From Nitrosopumilus sp. (lineage in GTDB: Archaea > Thermoproteota > Nitrososphaeria > Nitrososphaerales > Nitrosopumilaceae), in assembly GCA_965223425.1 (NCBI GenBank), contig OZ245003.1:2016001-2080000 (forward strand): a stretch of DNA of 64,000 bases. The letters are read 5' to 3'. Shown piece by piece: positions 1 to 9,902 of this stretch; position 1 is the stretch's first letter; each line of letters opens with the position of its first letter. The translations under genes were made by a program, and so were the position numbers. The notes beneath the pieces were generated by a model, which worked only from the letters and a program-made list of their open reading frames with translations, was not told where the DNA came from and made no database searches.

Positions 1-1
1 A

Positions 2-352
2 CTAGACTATGGAGTAATAAAAAATCCAGAATCCGAGATTGAAAAACTAGTCGACATTGCAGGAAACTTTGCAGATGAATTTGACCCGCAAGAGAAGACA
101 CGGATTGATTTAGATGACTCTGCAAAAAAAGCGTTGAAAATACTCACAGATGCACTTGATGCAGACAAAGAACCAGAAGACATTCAAAATACAATATACC
201 AAATTGCAAAATCAAATGATGTACAGCCAAAAGACTTCTTTAAAATACTATATCAAATAATACTGGGAACATCCAGGGGCCCAAAGATAGGGCCTTTCAT
301 TTCAGACATTGGAAGAAAGCAAGTGGCAAAAACACTGTCAGAGTATACATGA
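2..352 (+). CDS. lysS: Lysine--tRNA ligase, class I (3' part, cut by window start)
   Basis: Frame open from base 2; C-terminal anticodon-binding motif FFKILYQIILGTSRGPKIGPFI. Confidence 0.9.
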   Translation, partial: LDYGVIKNPESEIEKLVDIAGNFADEFDPQEKTRIDLDDSAKKALKILTDALDADKEPEDIQNTIYQIAKSNDVQPKDFFKILYQIILGTSRGPKIGPFISDIGRKQVAKTLSEYT

Positions 353-555
353 TCATGGTTCACGGTGAACATAACAGGACAAGAAACAGCGGAGGATTTG
401 CACTGATAATTTTTGGAGCATTGTTGCTATTTCTTGCACCAAATATCTACCCAAGCATGCCAGAATTAGGCATAGTTTCCCTAGTTGGAGGAATGATTAT
501 TGGCAGCATTGGATTCTATCTAAAATTCATTAGAACGCGGGTTAAACAAGAGTGA
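349..555 (+). CDS. Small two-TM membrane protein
   Basis: 68-aa ORF with two hydrophobic segments, overlapping lysS stop. Confidence 0.6.
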   Translation: MIMVHGEHNRTRNSGGFALIIFGALLLFLAPNIYPSMPELGIVSLVGGMIIGSIGFYLKFIRTRVKQE

Positions 556-1328
556 AAGAGATGGGATTTTTTACAAAGAAAAAAGTTGAAGAGGCAATTT
601 CAGAAAAAAGTGAAGAATACGCACAAAAAGAGGAGCTTGAGGCAGAAATGGAAAATATTCAAAATGAATACAGGGCAAAACAAGAGGAGCTCAACGAGAT
701 TAGACAGAAAATTGAGATGGTAAAAGACGAATACGAGGCCACAGTCAGCAGCCTCATGTTAGTCAAAAAGGAACTCAACCAAAAAAAACTGGAGCTTGAT
801 GTAGCCGTACGGGAACATAAAGAGATTAGCGAAAAAATCAGAAAGTCAGAAAAGATTACAGATTCAGAATCAATTAGCAGATTTAGCAAAACAGAAGAGA
901 GTCTACTAAGGATCAAACAAGAATTAAAAAAGATCACAAAAGAGTACGATCAAACTAAAGAACAAATGACGCAGGAACAGGCCTTGCTTCGTAGCATCAG
1001 AAATCAAAACATGGAATACAAAAAGGAGCTAGAAGAAGCAACATCTAGGCTATATAACGCAAAAGAGGAATTGGCAAAAAAAGATCAGTTTCAAGACACC
1101 AGTGTTTTGACTCCTAAAGAAAAAGAATTCATTGGAGGCGATGATTTAGATCAAAAAACATCTGCAGGGGTAATTGAGGCAGCAAGTGCAGTAGTAGGAT
1201 CGTTAAAGTCAAAACTTAACATGACACAAAAAGAACTAGAAGCAATACAGTTACTTTTAGAACAGGAAAGAGACGCACACAATAAAACTAAACAAGAATT
1301 AGAGAAACTAAGGAGGACAAAATCATAA
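552..1328 (+). CDS. Coiled-coil hypothetical protein
   Basis: 258-aa E/K/Q-rich heptad pattern. Confidence 0.75.
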   Translation: MKEMGFFTKKKVEEAISEKSEEYAQKEELEAEMENIQNEYRAKQEELNEIRQKIEMVKDEYEATVSSLMLVKKELNQKKLELDVAVREHKEISEKIRKSEKITDSESISRFSKTEESLLRIKQELKKITKEYDQTKEQMTQEQALLRSIRNQNMEYKKELEEATSRLYNAKEELAKKDQFQDTSVLTPKEKEFIGGDDLDQKTSAGVIEAASAVVGSLKSKLNMTQKELEAIQLLLEQERDAHNKTKQELEKLRRTKS

Positions 1329-1775
1329 ATTTTCAAAGTGTTTTTTCCACTTTGCTTTAATTTCTTGCTCTGATATTCCCATGTCATATAATGGTGAAGT
1401 TACTTCAGACACATCTGAAACTTTAACTAACACAATTGAATTAATTGGACTTTTAATTCCTTTTTTTCTATAATGGTTTAAAATTTCCTCATACAGTGAA
1501 CTGTCACTAATTATTTGAGCCTGACCCTGAAACAGATAGCCCTTACGCAAAAGCGGATCAATTACATTAATTTCAACAAAAGAATTGCTTTGTAAATTCT
1601 TGATTGTGTCAGGTGAGCGAATGTCTGCAAAGGCCAATGTTTCTAAAGTCCAACCAATGATAGTTCCTTTTGGAGAAAGGTTTGGTTTGCCATCAGAAGT
1701 GACAGTTGCTACATAACCGAGCTTTTGTAGATTCAAAAAGTCTTTGATTTCTTGGGTAATCATACTAATTATCAC
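1323..1775 (-). CDS. Pyridoxamine 5'-phosphate oxidase-like FMN-binding protein
   Basis: GYVATVTSDGKPNLSPKG and T.KNL..N motifs. Confidence 0.85.
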   Translation of the reverse strand: MIISMITQEIKDFLNLQKLGYVATVTSDGKPNLSPKGTIIGWTLETLAFADIRSPDTIKNLQSNSFVEINVIDPLLRKGYLFQGQAQIISDSSLYEEILNHYRKKGIKSPINSIVLVKVSDVSEVTSPLYDMGISEQEIKAKWKKHFENL

Positions 1776-1808
1776 TACAAATAACTACAAGGTAATTAGT
1801 TTTCAAAA

Positions 1809-1907
1809 TCATCGCATGAATTCAGCCATCTCTATAGAAAAGAAGAAGAACCCAATTCCACCGCCAATAATTGCAATCCAAGCTAGAATTTGTTTGATTT
1901 TAGACAT
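1809..1907 (-). CDS. Putative 32-aa single-TM microprotein
   Basis: Manually translated MSKIKQILAWIAIIGGGIGFFFFSIEMAEFMR. Confidence 0.5.
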   Translation of the reverse strand: MSKIKQILAWIAIIGGGIGFFFFSIEMAEFMR

Positions 1908-1992
1908 TATGAAGAGAATTTGCTAACCTCACTATTGAATCTACTTGGATTTTTCCAGAAATTATAATTAGACTCGCGTGAACTAGCAACTA

Positions 1993-2142
1993 TTGGCAAG
2001 TATCAAAGATGTTGGTAAATTCTTTTTATTTATTGCCGGGGGAATTGTGGCAATAATTGTCGGTTCTTTTATGATTAGAGGAACTATGCATCTTTGGGAC
2101 AGAGCAGAAAAGAAAAAAACAGATGAAAAAGACAAGGACTAA
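1993..2142 (+). CDS. Putative 49-aa single-TM microprotein
   Basis: TTG start; MASIKDVGKFFLFIAGGIVAIIVGSFMIRGTMHLWDRAEKKKTDEKDKD. Confidence 0.55.
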   Translation: MASIKDVGKFFLFIAGGIVAIIVGSFMIRGTMHLWDRAEKKKTDEKDKD

Positions 2143-2168
2143 AAACAAGTATTGTGAAATTATAACAA

Positions 2169-2465
2169 TTGCTTCAGGATTCTACAATTAGAAAATCACT
2201 TGATCAGTACGTTAAAAGAAGAATTCAAGAGATACCAACAGAAATTAAACAAACATTTCCAAACATCAGACAAATTTGGAAGTGTGATGACGAATTAGAA
2301 TTTCTTTATGGATACTATGTTGGAAAAATTGAAGAGGGAGCTTTGCATTATTTACTCAAAGCAACTCGTGCATCAGCTGGAGGATATGTAGATACTTTTG
2401 AAATTAGAGGAATTATTGAAATGCACAAAAAGGAATTGCAAGACACAATAAAGTCTTCAATTTAG
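2169..2465 (+). CDS. Hypothetical protein
   Basis: 98-aa ORF with normal composition. Confidence 0.7.
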   Translation: MLQDSTIRKSLDQYVKRRIQEIPTEIKQTFPNIRQIWKCDDELEFLYGYYVGKIEEGALHYLLKATRASAGGYVDTFEIRGIIEMHKKELQDTIKSSI

Positions 2466-2499
2466 TGAAGTAGAAATACTACATCAATCATACAAAAAC

Positions 2500-2673
2500 A
2501 TGGTAGGACCACAAGACGGGGGCTTTGGGTTTGATCAATCTAAAAAATATACAAGCGTGGATAACATCGAGGAAGTTTGTGTACAGTGCCAAGCAGGCCA
2601 ACACAAAAAGTGTTTGAAAAAATCAAAGCAACAAGAAAATTGTGAATGTGAGCACTGCATGATTTATGGCTAA
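2500..2673 (+). CDS. Small Cys-rich (Zn-binding) protein
   Basis: Manually translated; CVQC..HKKC..CECEHC. Confidence 0.6.
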   Translation: MVGPQDGGFGFDQSKKYTSVDNIEEVCVQCQAGQHKKCLKKSKQQENCECEHCMIYG

Positions 2674-2725
2674 ATAAAAAGATAGATCAGAGATTATTAA
2701 TACCATAACACAGTATGAATTGATC

Positions 2726-2845
2726 GTGTCAAACCAATACACATTCCAATGCAAGTTTTGTGGAAAAGAATACGGTACAGATATTGTAGAATTAGCATTG
2801 CATATTGGCAGGGTTCATGACAAGCCAAGAAATTCATCAGTGTAA
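2726..2845 (+). CDS. C2H2 zinc-finger microprotein
   Basis: MSNQYTFQCKFCGKEYGTDIVELALHIGRVHDKPRNSSV; CxxC...HxxxxH. Confidence 0.65.
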   Translation: MSNQYTFQCKFCGKEYGTDIVELALHIGRVHDKPRNSSV

Positions 2846-2965
2846 TTAGAAATTAAAAAATGAAATGCAGTAACAAGAAAACATGCTGTTATCATGATAA
2901 TTCCATTCACATGATGGTAGCGGCAAATGCCTGGTTAGAGGCTGCAAATGTGAAAAATTTAAAAA

Positions 2966-3310
2966 CTAAAGGCCAGATAACTTGTTTTCAAGTTCCTGAA
3001 TCTCTTTTTGAGACAAATCAGAAACATTTTGGGCAAACTCTTTGTGTGCTGAAATAATACTAGTCAGTGTATCTTTGTAATCCGGATGGCCTTTTTTGAT
3101 CACATCACATGATTCAAGTGAGGTAATATGGCCAGTTACAGTTGCAATTGCACCTTTTTGGTTAAACTTTACAATCCCACCAAATGCTTCAATTAACATG
3201 TAAGCAGATTCTGCTTTACACTCGTAAGTAACTCTACCAGTTTCAGTGTTGAATAGTTGTGTTACACCGCCTGGTTTTCTTGTTACAATAACTGTCATGA
3301 AATAATTCAA
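2966..3310 (-). CDS. Hypothetical protein
   Basis: 114-aa ORF. Confidence 0.65.
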   Translation of the reverse strand: MNYFMTVIVTRKPGGVTQLFNTETGRVTYECKAESAYMLIEAFGGIVKFNQKGAIATVTGHITSLESCDVIKKGHPDYKDTLTSIISAHKEFAQNVSDLSQKEIQELENKLSGL

Positions 3311-3346
3311 AACAATGCAGTATTAATTATTTTAGAAAAAGAATTT

Positions 3347-3889
3347 CTAAGCGGCGGAGGCATCCTCAGCAGAAGCTGCTGCAGCATCTGCTGCAAGAAC
3401 TTTGTCGATCTCATTTATTGCTAGCTTATCCCGGCCGATTAGATCAAACTTTTGCAAGAGCGTTTCAAACTTTGTTTCTTCTTGAACTTGTTCGTTTACA
3501 AACCATTCCAGAAATGCATATGTTGAGTGATCTTTTTCTTTTTGTGCAATCTCCACCATTTTGTGAATTGCCTTTGTTACTAGCTGTTCATTCTTTAGTG
3601 CGGCCTTGACTAGCCCTTCAAGTGATTTGTACGAACCTGCAGGAGATTTGGTCGCAGGAATTGTTGCAGTAGCTCCCACATCATTTAGATAGTGAACAAC
3701 TTTTAGCATGTGAGCTCGCTCTTCATCTGATTGTGCGTAAAAATAATCTGCGCCGCCTTGATAGCCTGTTACTTCACACCATGATGCCATTGCAAGATAA
3801 CTGTTAGAAGCTGTAGCCTCTAGTGCGACTTGATCATTTAGTGCTTTTTTCATTTTTGCAGAAATTTTCATAGAAAACCATTGTTTCAA
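3347..3889 (-). CDS. ftnA: Non-heme ferritin
   Basis: Ferroxidase motifs ALNDQVALE, QSDEERAHMLK, FLEWFVNEQVQEE; true start probably a few codons downstream. Confidence 0.92.
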   Translation of the reverse strand: MKQWFSMKISAKMKKALNDQVALEATASNSYLAMASWCEVTGYQGGADYFYAQSDEERAHMLKVVHYLNDVGATATIPATKSPAGSYKSLEGLVKAALKNEQLVTKAIHKMVEIAQKEKDHSTYAFLEWFVNEQVQEETKFETLLQKFDLIGRDKLAINEIDKVLAADAAAASAEDASAA

Positions 3890-3904
3890 ATAGAATTTAA
3901 AGGA

Positions 3905-5170
3905 TCATGAAAAAAATCGCGTGACTATGAAAAATATTGCAAATCCGGTAAGGAAAACTATTCCTGAAAAACTCAGAATTTTAAGCGCCACAGAGGGATG
4001 AGAATCCTCATCGAGATGTTTGCCTGTGACTAGTCTAAAATTAAAGATTGCAATTATGGGTGCTATAAGAAATGATAAGACAGTGGCAAAATCAACTAGC
4101 TCTCTGAGATTATTTTCAAATTCAAAAATTATTACAATACCGCCAATAGCAATGACTAGCAAGAAAATAACATAAAATGTACGGAACTTTGTCCGTATTT
4201 TTGCCTCTCTTTTAGTAAAAATCAATTCGACTGTTCTGTGTAATGAACGTGAGTAACCATCCAAAACTGCAATGGTTGTTCCAAACATTACAGTAAAGGC
4301 AGACGCTGCTATGATGACGTAACTCCAATCACCAATAGTTTGTGTGTATAGCGTTACTATTTTGTGTGCAAAGTGTGCGTTGTTATTTGGTAGCTCTTCA
4401 CCAGAGCCAAAAAACATGAAAGAGCCAAGCGTGACAAACATTATTGCAAGAATTCCAGTTATCAAATACGTTAGCCTAAATTCAAAAAGGGTTTCTTTGA
4501 GTTTGGGTTTGAAATTAGTTTGTTTGGATCTCTCTAATGTCCACAAGCTATTCCAAGCAGAAAGATCAACTGGGGCTGGCATCCATCCCATTAATGCAAG
4601 CAGGAAAAAGATTCCAGTGATGTTCCATAGTTCCTTTGGCACAAATCCTTCTACTGGCTCTATTGGGCCATTGTACAATGCAAGCAAGAATGCAGATACG
4701 GTAGAAATCACTAGCACGACAACTATAATCTTGATCAGGCTGTCAAGTACGCTGTATTTTCCAACTGCCAGTATTCCAACACATGTTGCAAATAAGATCA
4801 CCAGAGTCCATCCTCCAAGAGATTCTATTCCAAAAAGATTTTCAAAAAAGCCTGCAGTTACAAACCCCACTGCACCTGTAACAAAAAACATGGAGCCAAC
4901 AGTTAACAGAAAATACAGCCACAATGCAGGTCTTCCAAGTTTCTTGTAACCATCAATGATGCTTGTTTGTGTAGAGTTTGCATAGCGAGAGCCAAACTCA
5001 AAGAAGGGGTATTTTAGCAAAGTAGCGACAATAACAAATCCCAGAATTAGCAAGCCAAAATCAGCGCCAGCTCTAGTTGATTGTATTAGATGAGATACGC
5101 CGATTGCAGTACTTGCAAATAATATTCCAGGACCAGCTGTTTTTGTAAAGCGAGATAGTTGCTCATGCAT
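3905..5170 (-). CDS. NRAMP-family divalent metal transporter
   Basis: GPGILFASTAIGVSHL motif, ~11 TM segments. Confidence 0.85.
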   Translation of the reverse strand: MHEQLSRFTKTAGPGILFASTAIGVSHLIQSTRAGADFGLLILGFVIVATLLKYPFFEFGSRYANSTQTSIIDGYKKLGRPALWLYFLLTVGSMFFVTGAVGFVTAGFFENLFGIESLGGWTLVILFATCVGILAVGKYSVLDSLIKIIVVVLVISTVSAFLLALYNGPIEPVEGFVPKELWNITGIFFLLALMGWMPAPVDLSAWNSLWTLERSKQTNFKPKLKETLFEFRLTYLITGILAIMFVTLGSFMFFGSGEELPNNNAHFAHKIVTLYTQTIGDWSYVIIAASAFTVMFGTTIAVLDGYSRSLHRTVELIFTKREAKIRTKFRTFYVIFLLVIAIGGIVIIFEFENNLRELVDFATVLSFLIAPIIAIFNFRLVTGKHLDEDSHPSVALKILSFSGIVFLTGFAIFFIVTRFFS

Positions 5171-5194
5171 AATTTACAAAAAACCTTCTAAAAC

Positions 5195-5617
5195 CTAAAC
5201 AATATTAACTTTCCAAGAGCCATCAACGTAAACGCCAACTACTTTGACACCCAAATTCCATGAAGAAATAGCTTCAACTCCTTTTTTGACAAACTCGGCA
5301 TGTTCCACATCAGAAACTGGGTTTGCTGCACAGTTATAATGCCCAGAAAAAACAATTAATTCTGATTTGTGAGCATGGATGGATATTCTAGCTTTGGCTT
5401 TGATTGATTCAAGCACAGAATCCTTTGTGAGGTTCTTATCTACGCCTGGCTCAGTGACTGTATCCACATAGTCAACAGAATAATTTTCTTTAATCCAATT
5501 TGCTATTGGAATTTGTATTCTGCCATCTATACATGAGATTGAAGTTGCAAATTTTCCTTCAGACACAAGTTCGGATAGTTGTTCTAGTTTAAAAATTATT
5601 TCTGATACAAAAAGCAT
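5195..5617 (-). CDS. Beta-class carbonic anhydrase-like protein
   Basis: CIDGR and HxxC zinc ligands. Confidence 0.75.
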   Translation of the reverse strand: MLFVSEIIFKLEQLSELVSEGKFATSISCIDGRIQIPIANWIKENYSVDYVDTVTEPGVDKNLTKDSVLESIKAKARISIHAHKSELIVFSGHYNCAANPVSDVEHAEFVKKGVEAISSWNLGVKVVGVYVDGSWKVNIV

Positions 5618-6150
5618 TCAGAGGTATGATCATTTACCATGCCTGTTGCCTGCATCAGCGCATAGCAAATTGTAGGGCCGACAAAGCTAAAGCCGCGTTT
5701 TTTTAGATCCTGGCTTAATTTCTCTGATATTTTAGTTGATGCGGGCAGATCAGATAATTTTTTAAACTTATTTTTGATCGGCTTGCGTTCTACAAATCCC
5801 CACAAATACCCATCAAACGAACCAAATTCGTCTTGAATTTTGAGAAACTGCTTTGCATTGTTGATAGCAGAAGTGACTTTGAGTTTATTTCGAATAATAG
5901 ATTCATCTTTGAGTAGTTTTTGGATATGTCTCTGAGTGTATTTTGAGACTAGCTGTGGATCAAAATTAGAAAAAGCCTTTCTGTATCCATCTCTTCGTTT
6001 GAGAATAGTAGTCCAGGAAAGACCGGCTTGGGCGCCCTCTAGTATTAAAAATTCAAATAATTTTTGATCGTTGTGCTGCGGTCTTCCCCATTCCTTATCA
6101 TGATAGGCAATGTTTGGTTCATCTTTTGCCCATTGGCATCGTTTTTTCAT
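5596..6150 (-). CDS. tag: DNA-3-methyladenine glycosylase I
   Basis: RC.W, YHDKEWG, LEGAQAGLSW, FVGPT, NDH..C motifs. Confidence 0.95.
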   Translation of the reverse strand: MKKRCQWAKDEPNIAYHDKEWGRPQHNDQKLFEFLILEGAQAGLSWTTILKRRDGYRKAFSNFDPQLVSKYTQRHIQKLLKDESIIRNKLKVTSAINNAKQFLKIQDEFGSFDGYLWGFVERKPIKNKFKKLSDLPASTKISEKLSQDLKKRGFSFVGPTICYALMQATGMVNDHTSECFLYQK

Positions 6151-6202
6151 AATTTGTCTATCAGGTGATACAAAATATTAGTTATCAAATATTAGAAAAA
6201 TT

Positions 6203-6628
6203 ATGAAGTCAAATCAGCAGTTATTGCAGATGAACAGAAATTTTCTGATCTGCTTTATTGTATCGGCCTTGTTATCGGCAATGGCTGCCCAGCTATTATC
6301 AGGTTATGAAAGTTATCTAAACACAACATTTACCATAATCATTGGATACGTAGCTTATTTTGGAATTTTTTCATGTTTGTTTTATTGGAACAATAAAGAA
6401 CGCTACAAGACTATGAAAGTAAATTTAATCAAGAGAGAACTGCTAGCCTTGATTTCATCATTTGGGATAGGAGAAATGGTATATCTTGGAATAAGGTGGC
6501 CAACTCTATATTATTTTCTTGAGATTGGAATAGAACCATACATTGCATCATTGGTTTCAGAAACTATTGCAACTGCATGCTATATGGTGACAGTTACATT
6601 ATTTCTTAGAAAAACAAAAACGTTTTAG
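6203..6628 (+). CDS. Membrane hypothetical protein
   Basis: 141 aa, ~4 TM. Confidence 0.7.
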   Translation: MKSNQQLLQMNRNFLICFIVSALLSAMAAQLLSGYESYLNTTFTIIIGYVAYFGIFSCLFYWNNKERYKTMKVNLIKRELLALISSFGIGEMVYLGIRWPTLYYFLEIGIEPYIASLVSETIATACYMVTVTLFLRKTKTF

Positions 6629-7036
6629 TTATTTTGCAAGTTGATTAACTAGATCAGTGGATGTTATAATTCCAACAATATTACCATTATCAGTCACTGC
6701 AAGTTTTCTAATTTTTTTGCTGCTCATCATTTCTGCTGCAGCAGAGATTGGTTCATCATGATTGATGGTGATTAATGGAGATGACATTATCTTTTCCACA
6801 GGAGTGTCAAATGGAAGGTTATTTGCAGCAATTTTTGTTGCAAAATCTCTATCTGTAACTATGCCAACAAGATTTTCATTCTTTTTTACAAGAATTGCGC
6901 CAATTCCTCCTTGTTCCATCATTTTTGCTATTTGATGTGCAGTAGTGGCAGTATTGACAGTGATCAAAGCTCTTGCCATGATGTCTTTGACTATAATGGA
7001 AGAGGAGTTGAAATCTTCACGACTCATTACAGACAT
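6629..7036 (-). CDS. CBS-domain pair protein
   Basis: LVGIVTDRD and VGIITSTD CBS motifs. Confidence 0.9.
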   Translation of the reverse strand: MSVMSREDFNSSSIIVKDIMARALITVNTATTAHQIAKMMEQGGIGAILVKKNENLVGIVTDRDFATKIAANNLPFDTPVEKIMSSPLITINHDEPISAAAEMMSSKKIRKLAVTDNGNIVGIITSTDLVNQLAK

Positions 7037-7079
7037 AGCAAATAATGATATTTAAGATCTTCATAAAAAATTTAGAAAA

Positions 7080-7154
7080 CGGGCTCGGTCGGATTCGAAC
7101 CGACGACCTAACGCTCCGCAAGCGTTCGCACTATCCATGCTGTGCAACGAGTCC
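7080..7154 (-). tRNA. tRNA-Arg (GCG)
   Basis: Cloverleaf GGACTCG...CGAGCCC, anticodon arm AACGC-TTGCGGA-GCGTT, T-loop GTTCGAATC. Confidence 0.93.
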
Positions 7155-7175
7155 GAAAAGTTTTGAAATTCACGC

Positions 7176-8045
7176 TTAATTTGGATTACTATTGTCAGAA
7201 ACTGTTTGTGCAAAGATATAAGGTGTTTCATCTGGCTCATGAAATGTCCAAACAGTTGGTAAAAAGATAGTCTTGATGGAATGAAGATTATTTTGTTCCA
7301 TTAGCGTACCCCATCCTGCCTCATTTTTTGGATCTGGTGGGTATTTTTGAGACAAAGTGCCAGCAAATACCCAACCGATATTATTCATCAGAGATGGAAT
7401 TGAAGTAACTTGATCTAAAACGCCAGAAGTCAGTGCAGTTCCTCCCATTTGTGCAAGACCCCCAATAAAAAATACAGGGCATCTAAGATCCAACGAAGAA
7501 TAATCAAATGTTGTAGCATTAGAACAGTACGGATGAAAGTCAAGAACAGTCAAAGTCTTTTGCAGATCAGCTAACATATCATCAATTTCTATGCTATAGG
7601 ATTCCAAACCTAAAACTTTGGCACAAAACGCTATCCTACCATCTCCAGATCCAACATCAATGATTTCAGAATATCCAATTTCTTTTGCAAGTAACGCACC
7701 AACATATGCAGACATCATCCATGTTGGGGAAAATGGCGCATGGCTTGAACCGTGCTGAATACTGTTTAACCAATATTTGTTAATGTCACCTTCATACACA
7801 ATACAAGATGTTCCTGCAATGGATTTCTCATAAGAATTGTAATAGATTGGATTCTTTGTTGCAAATTGATGCAACAAGTCTAAATCTTTTTGTCCTATTG
7901 GGAATGTTTCTGATTTTGAAATTGGCATTACCTCTTGAATCTGACTTTTACCATCATAGGTTTTTGTGAATTCTTTTTTTAAATTAATTAAATTGTTAGC
8001 AATTTCTTCAATCATGAGACAACCCTTTGTCATATTGTTCAACAA
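7176..8045 (-). CDS. Class I SAM-dependent methyltransferase-like protein
   Basis: IIDVGSGDGR motif and SIEID. Confidence 0.7.
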   Translation of the reverse strand: MLNNMTKGCLMIEEIANNLINLKKEFTKTYDGKSQIQEVMPISKSETFPIGQKDLDLLHQFATKNPIYYNSYEKSIAGTSCIVYEGDINKYWLNSIQHGSSHAPFSPTWMMSAYVGALLAKEIGYSEIIDVGSGDGRIAFCAKVLGLESYSIEIDDMLADLQKTLTVLDFHPYCSNATTFDYSSLDLRCPVFFIGGLAQMGGTALTSGVLDQVTSIPSLMNNIGWVFAGTLSQKYPPDPKNEAGWGTLMEQNNLHSIKTIFLPTVWTFHEPDETPYIFAQTVSDNSNPN

Positions 8046-8481
8046 ATTCCTTGGTACTCATTGTTTGACGCAATTTTTCATATAGTTGTGCTTCAGATTC
8101 AATTTCATCTTTAGATTTTTCTAATATGTTTATAGATCTTAATTGCTTTGTAGTTTCTGCTAATGAATTTGTGAGTTTGGACATAATTGATGGATGTAAG
8201 TTTATATCGAAATTTTCTGAAATGAGTTTTTGAGTTTCTTCGATTTTTCTAATCACTGAATTGTGTTCATCTGAGCCTACAGATTGCTGTTTTAGCACTG
8301 AAGCAAGAGAAGTGGTGTTCATTATCTGATAGTAAATCTGAATAATCTCAGAAAGTGGCAACTCAGGTTTTGTTAATGCAGAACTAATAGAAGATTCCAA
8401 TTTTTTTGTTTCATTATCAAATATTTCTAGAGAGTTGGCAACAGAAAATTTCTCATCAGAGGGCAATTCATAATACCTCAT
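8008..8481 (-). CDS. Hypothetical helical protein
   Basis: 157-aa ORF. Confidence 0.65.
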   Translation of the reverse strand: MRYYELPSDEKFSVANSLEIFDNETKKLESSISSALTKPELPLSEIIQIYYQIMNTTSLASVLKQQSVGSDEHNSVIRKIEETQKLISENFDINLHPSIMSKLTNSLAETTKQLRSINILEKSKDEIESEAQLYEKLRQTMSTKEFVEQYDKGLSHD

Positions 8482-8570
8482 AATGGCGGTTTAATTTGCA
8501 TTACTATAGCGAAAAGATAAAGTTCGTGAACTAAATTACTCCAAAACAAAAAACTTTTTGATCATATTGT

Positions 8571-9066
8571 ATGGTAAAACCCGATGAACAAATTAGAAGC
8601 ACTTGAAGCAGCATACAAAAAAGAAAATTCCAGGGCTGTAGCAAGAATGCCTGCAGCGTTGATGATTCTAAAGGATGGGAAGGAATACAATACACTACAA
8701 AAACATTACACCACTGCACAAACCGGATGAGAAGACGGGCGAGTCGTTTTGGGGAACACGGCCTTGATGGCCTCTACGACCTCCCAAGAAGCGGCAGACC
8801 AAAAACAGTCTCAAAGAAAAGAATGGACTGTATCATGTCAAAAGCAAAGCTAACTTTTTACTCCTGTAATGTTGCAGCAAAGTATCTTTTATTCCACAGG
8901 AACAAGATTTCACATAACCCACATCGGAAAAATAATGCATCAATTGGCATGTCTGCAAAAACTGCACAAGGATACCACACCAATCATGCAATGTATCTGC
9001 TGTGAAAAGTTGGCAGCAACGCATCAAAAAGAGAATTTCACCTAAAAGAGGACGGATTTGCCATTG
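8571..9066 (+). pseudogene. Degraded IS630-family transposase
   Basis: Frameshifted pieces incl. RFGEHGLDGLYDLPRSGRPK and ..AAYKKE, similar to the intact IS630 at 22574. Confidence 0.7.
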
Positions 9067-9135
9067 CAAGCTGAACTGCACTGCGTAGTCTGGCAGCTCC
9101 ATCATCTGTGCTGCTCTTTGGGTTCGTGGATTCAT
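9067..9135 (-). pseudogene. N-terminal fragment of IS6-like DDE transposase
   Basis: MNPRTQRAAQMMELPDYAVQF aligns with MNSRKQRAKQMMDSTGHASQF at 13587. Confidence 0.6.
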
Positions 9136-9378
9136 GCGTGATATACCTCGAAAATTAATATAGAACCAAGCAAGAGAAAAAATGACTGGCTCAGATTGTT
9201 AGAAGCAATTTCGTCATTCTCTATGACGAGTGAGAGCGTCACGGCCTCATCATCGCCAGTCATTTTTACTTGATTCATATCAGTATAATATATCCGTACT
9301 AATATAAAGCATTCAATATTAGTACGGTATAGTATTAGATCGAATAAGATTATATAGACACCTACATACAGAAAAACA

Positions 9379-9552
9379 TTGCCAAAATGGAAAAAGGATG
9401 AAACTGTCTTTTCAGTAAGCGTAAACAATGACGGCAATGGCGGTCATATATGCCGTATTCCAAAACCAATTATTGAAAGATTGGGCATAAGTAACTGTAT
9501 TAGCTTCTTGGTAAAAAACAAGAACATCATAGTAGAGGCTGGCGAAAAATGA
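9379..9552 (+). CDS. Small AbrB/SpoVT-like DNA-binding protein
   Basis: MPKWKKDETVFSVSV...CRIPKPIIERLG...; paralog of 13668-13835. Confidence 0.7.
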   Translation: MPKWKKDETVFSVSVNNDGNGGHICRIPKPIIERLGISNCISFLVKNKNIIVEAGEK

Positions 9553-9599
9553 CAAAACCATACAAGCTTCTCAATGCAGATTCCCTGAAAAAATCAACA

Positions 9600-9850
9600 T
9601 AAACTCCACACCATGTCACCCACACATACCAACGGCAGTCTTGAGAGATTCCAGTACAACAAAGGACGAGATATTCCGCTACGACAACTCAGAGCGTACG
9701 TCGACTGTTACAACAAGAGAAGACCGCTGCACTTTTCGCTGGGCATTGACAACTGTGAGACCCGTTGCTAGCTTTTAGAAACAAAAAAAAGCACCAGAAG
9801 CGATCAGAGAAACTTGTCCAAAACGGATGGGAAAAGATGCAGATGACTGG
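9600..9850 (+). pseudogene. IS481-like integrase-core transposase remnant
   Basis: Frameshifted HP.TNGSLERF ... YNKRRPLHFSL...ETP motifs. Confidence 0.55.
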
Positions 9851-9902
9851 CAAACCGACTTTCCATGCACAGCACATGAAATAAAAAATATTTGATTTTA
9901 AA

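Noticed and set aside
9132-9437. 101-aa minus-strand ORF
   Set aside because: Overlaps the better-supported AbrB-like gene and operator region; no motifs
7080-9900. tRNA-Arg-anchored integrative element
   Set aside because: No tyrosine integrase and no duplicated tRNA 3' end found in the window
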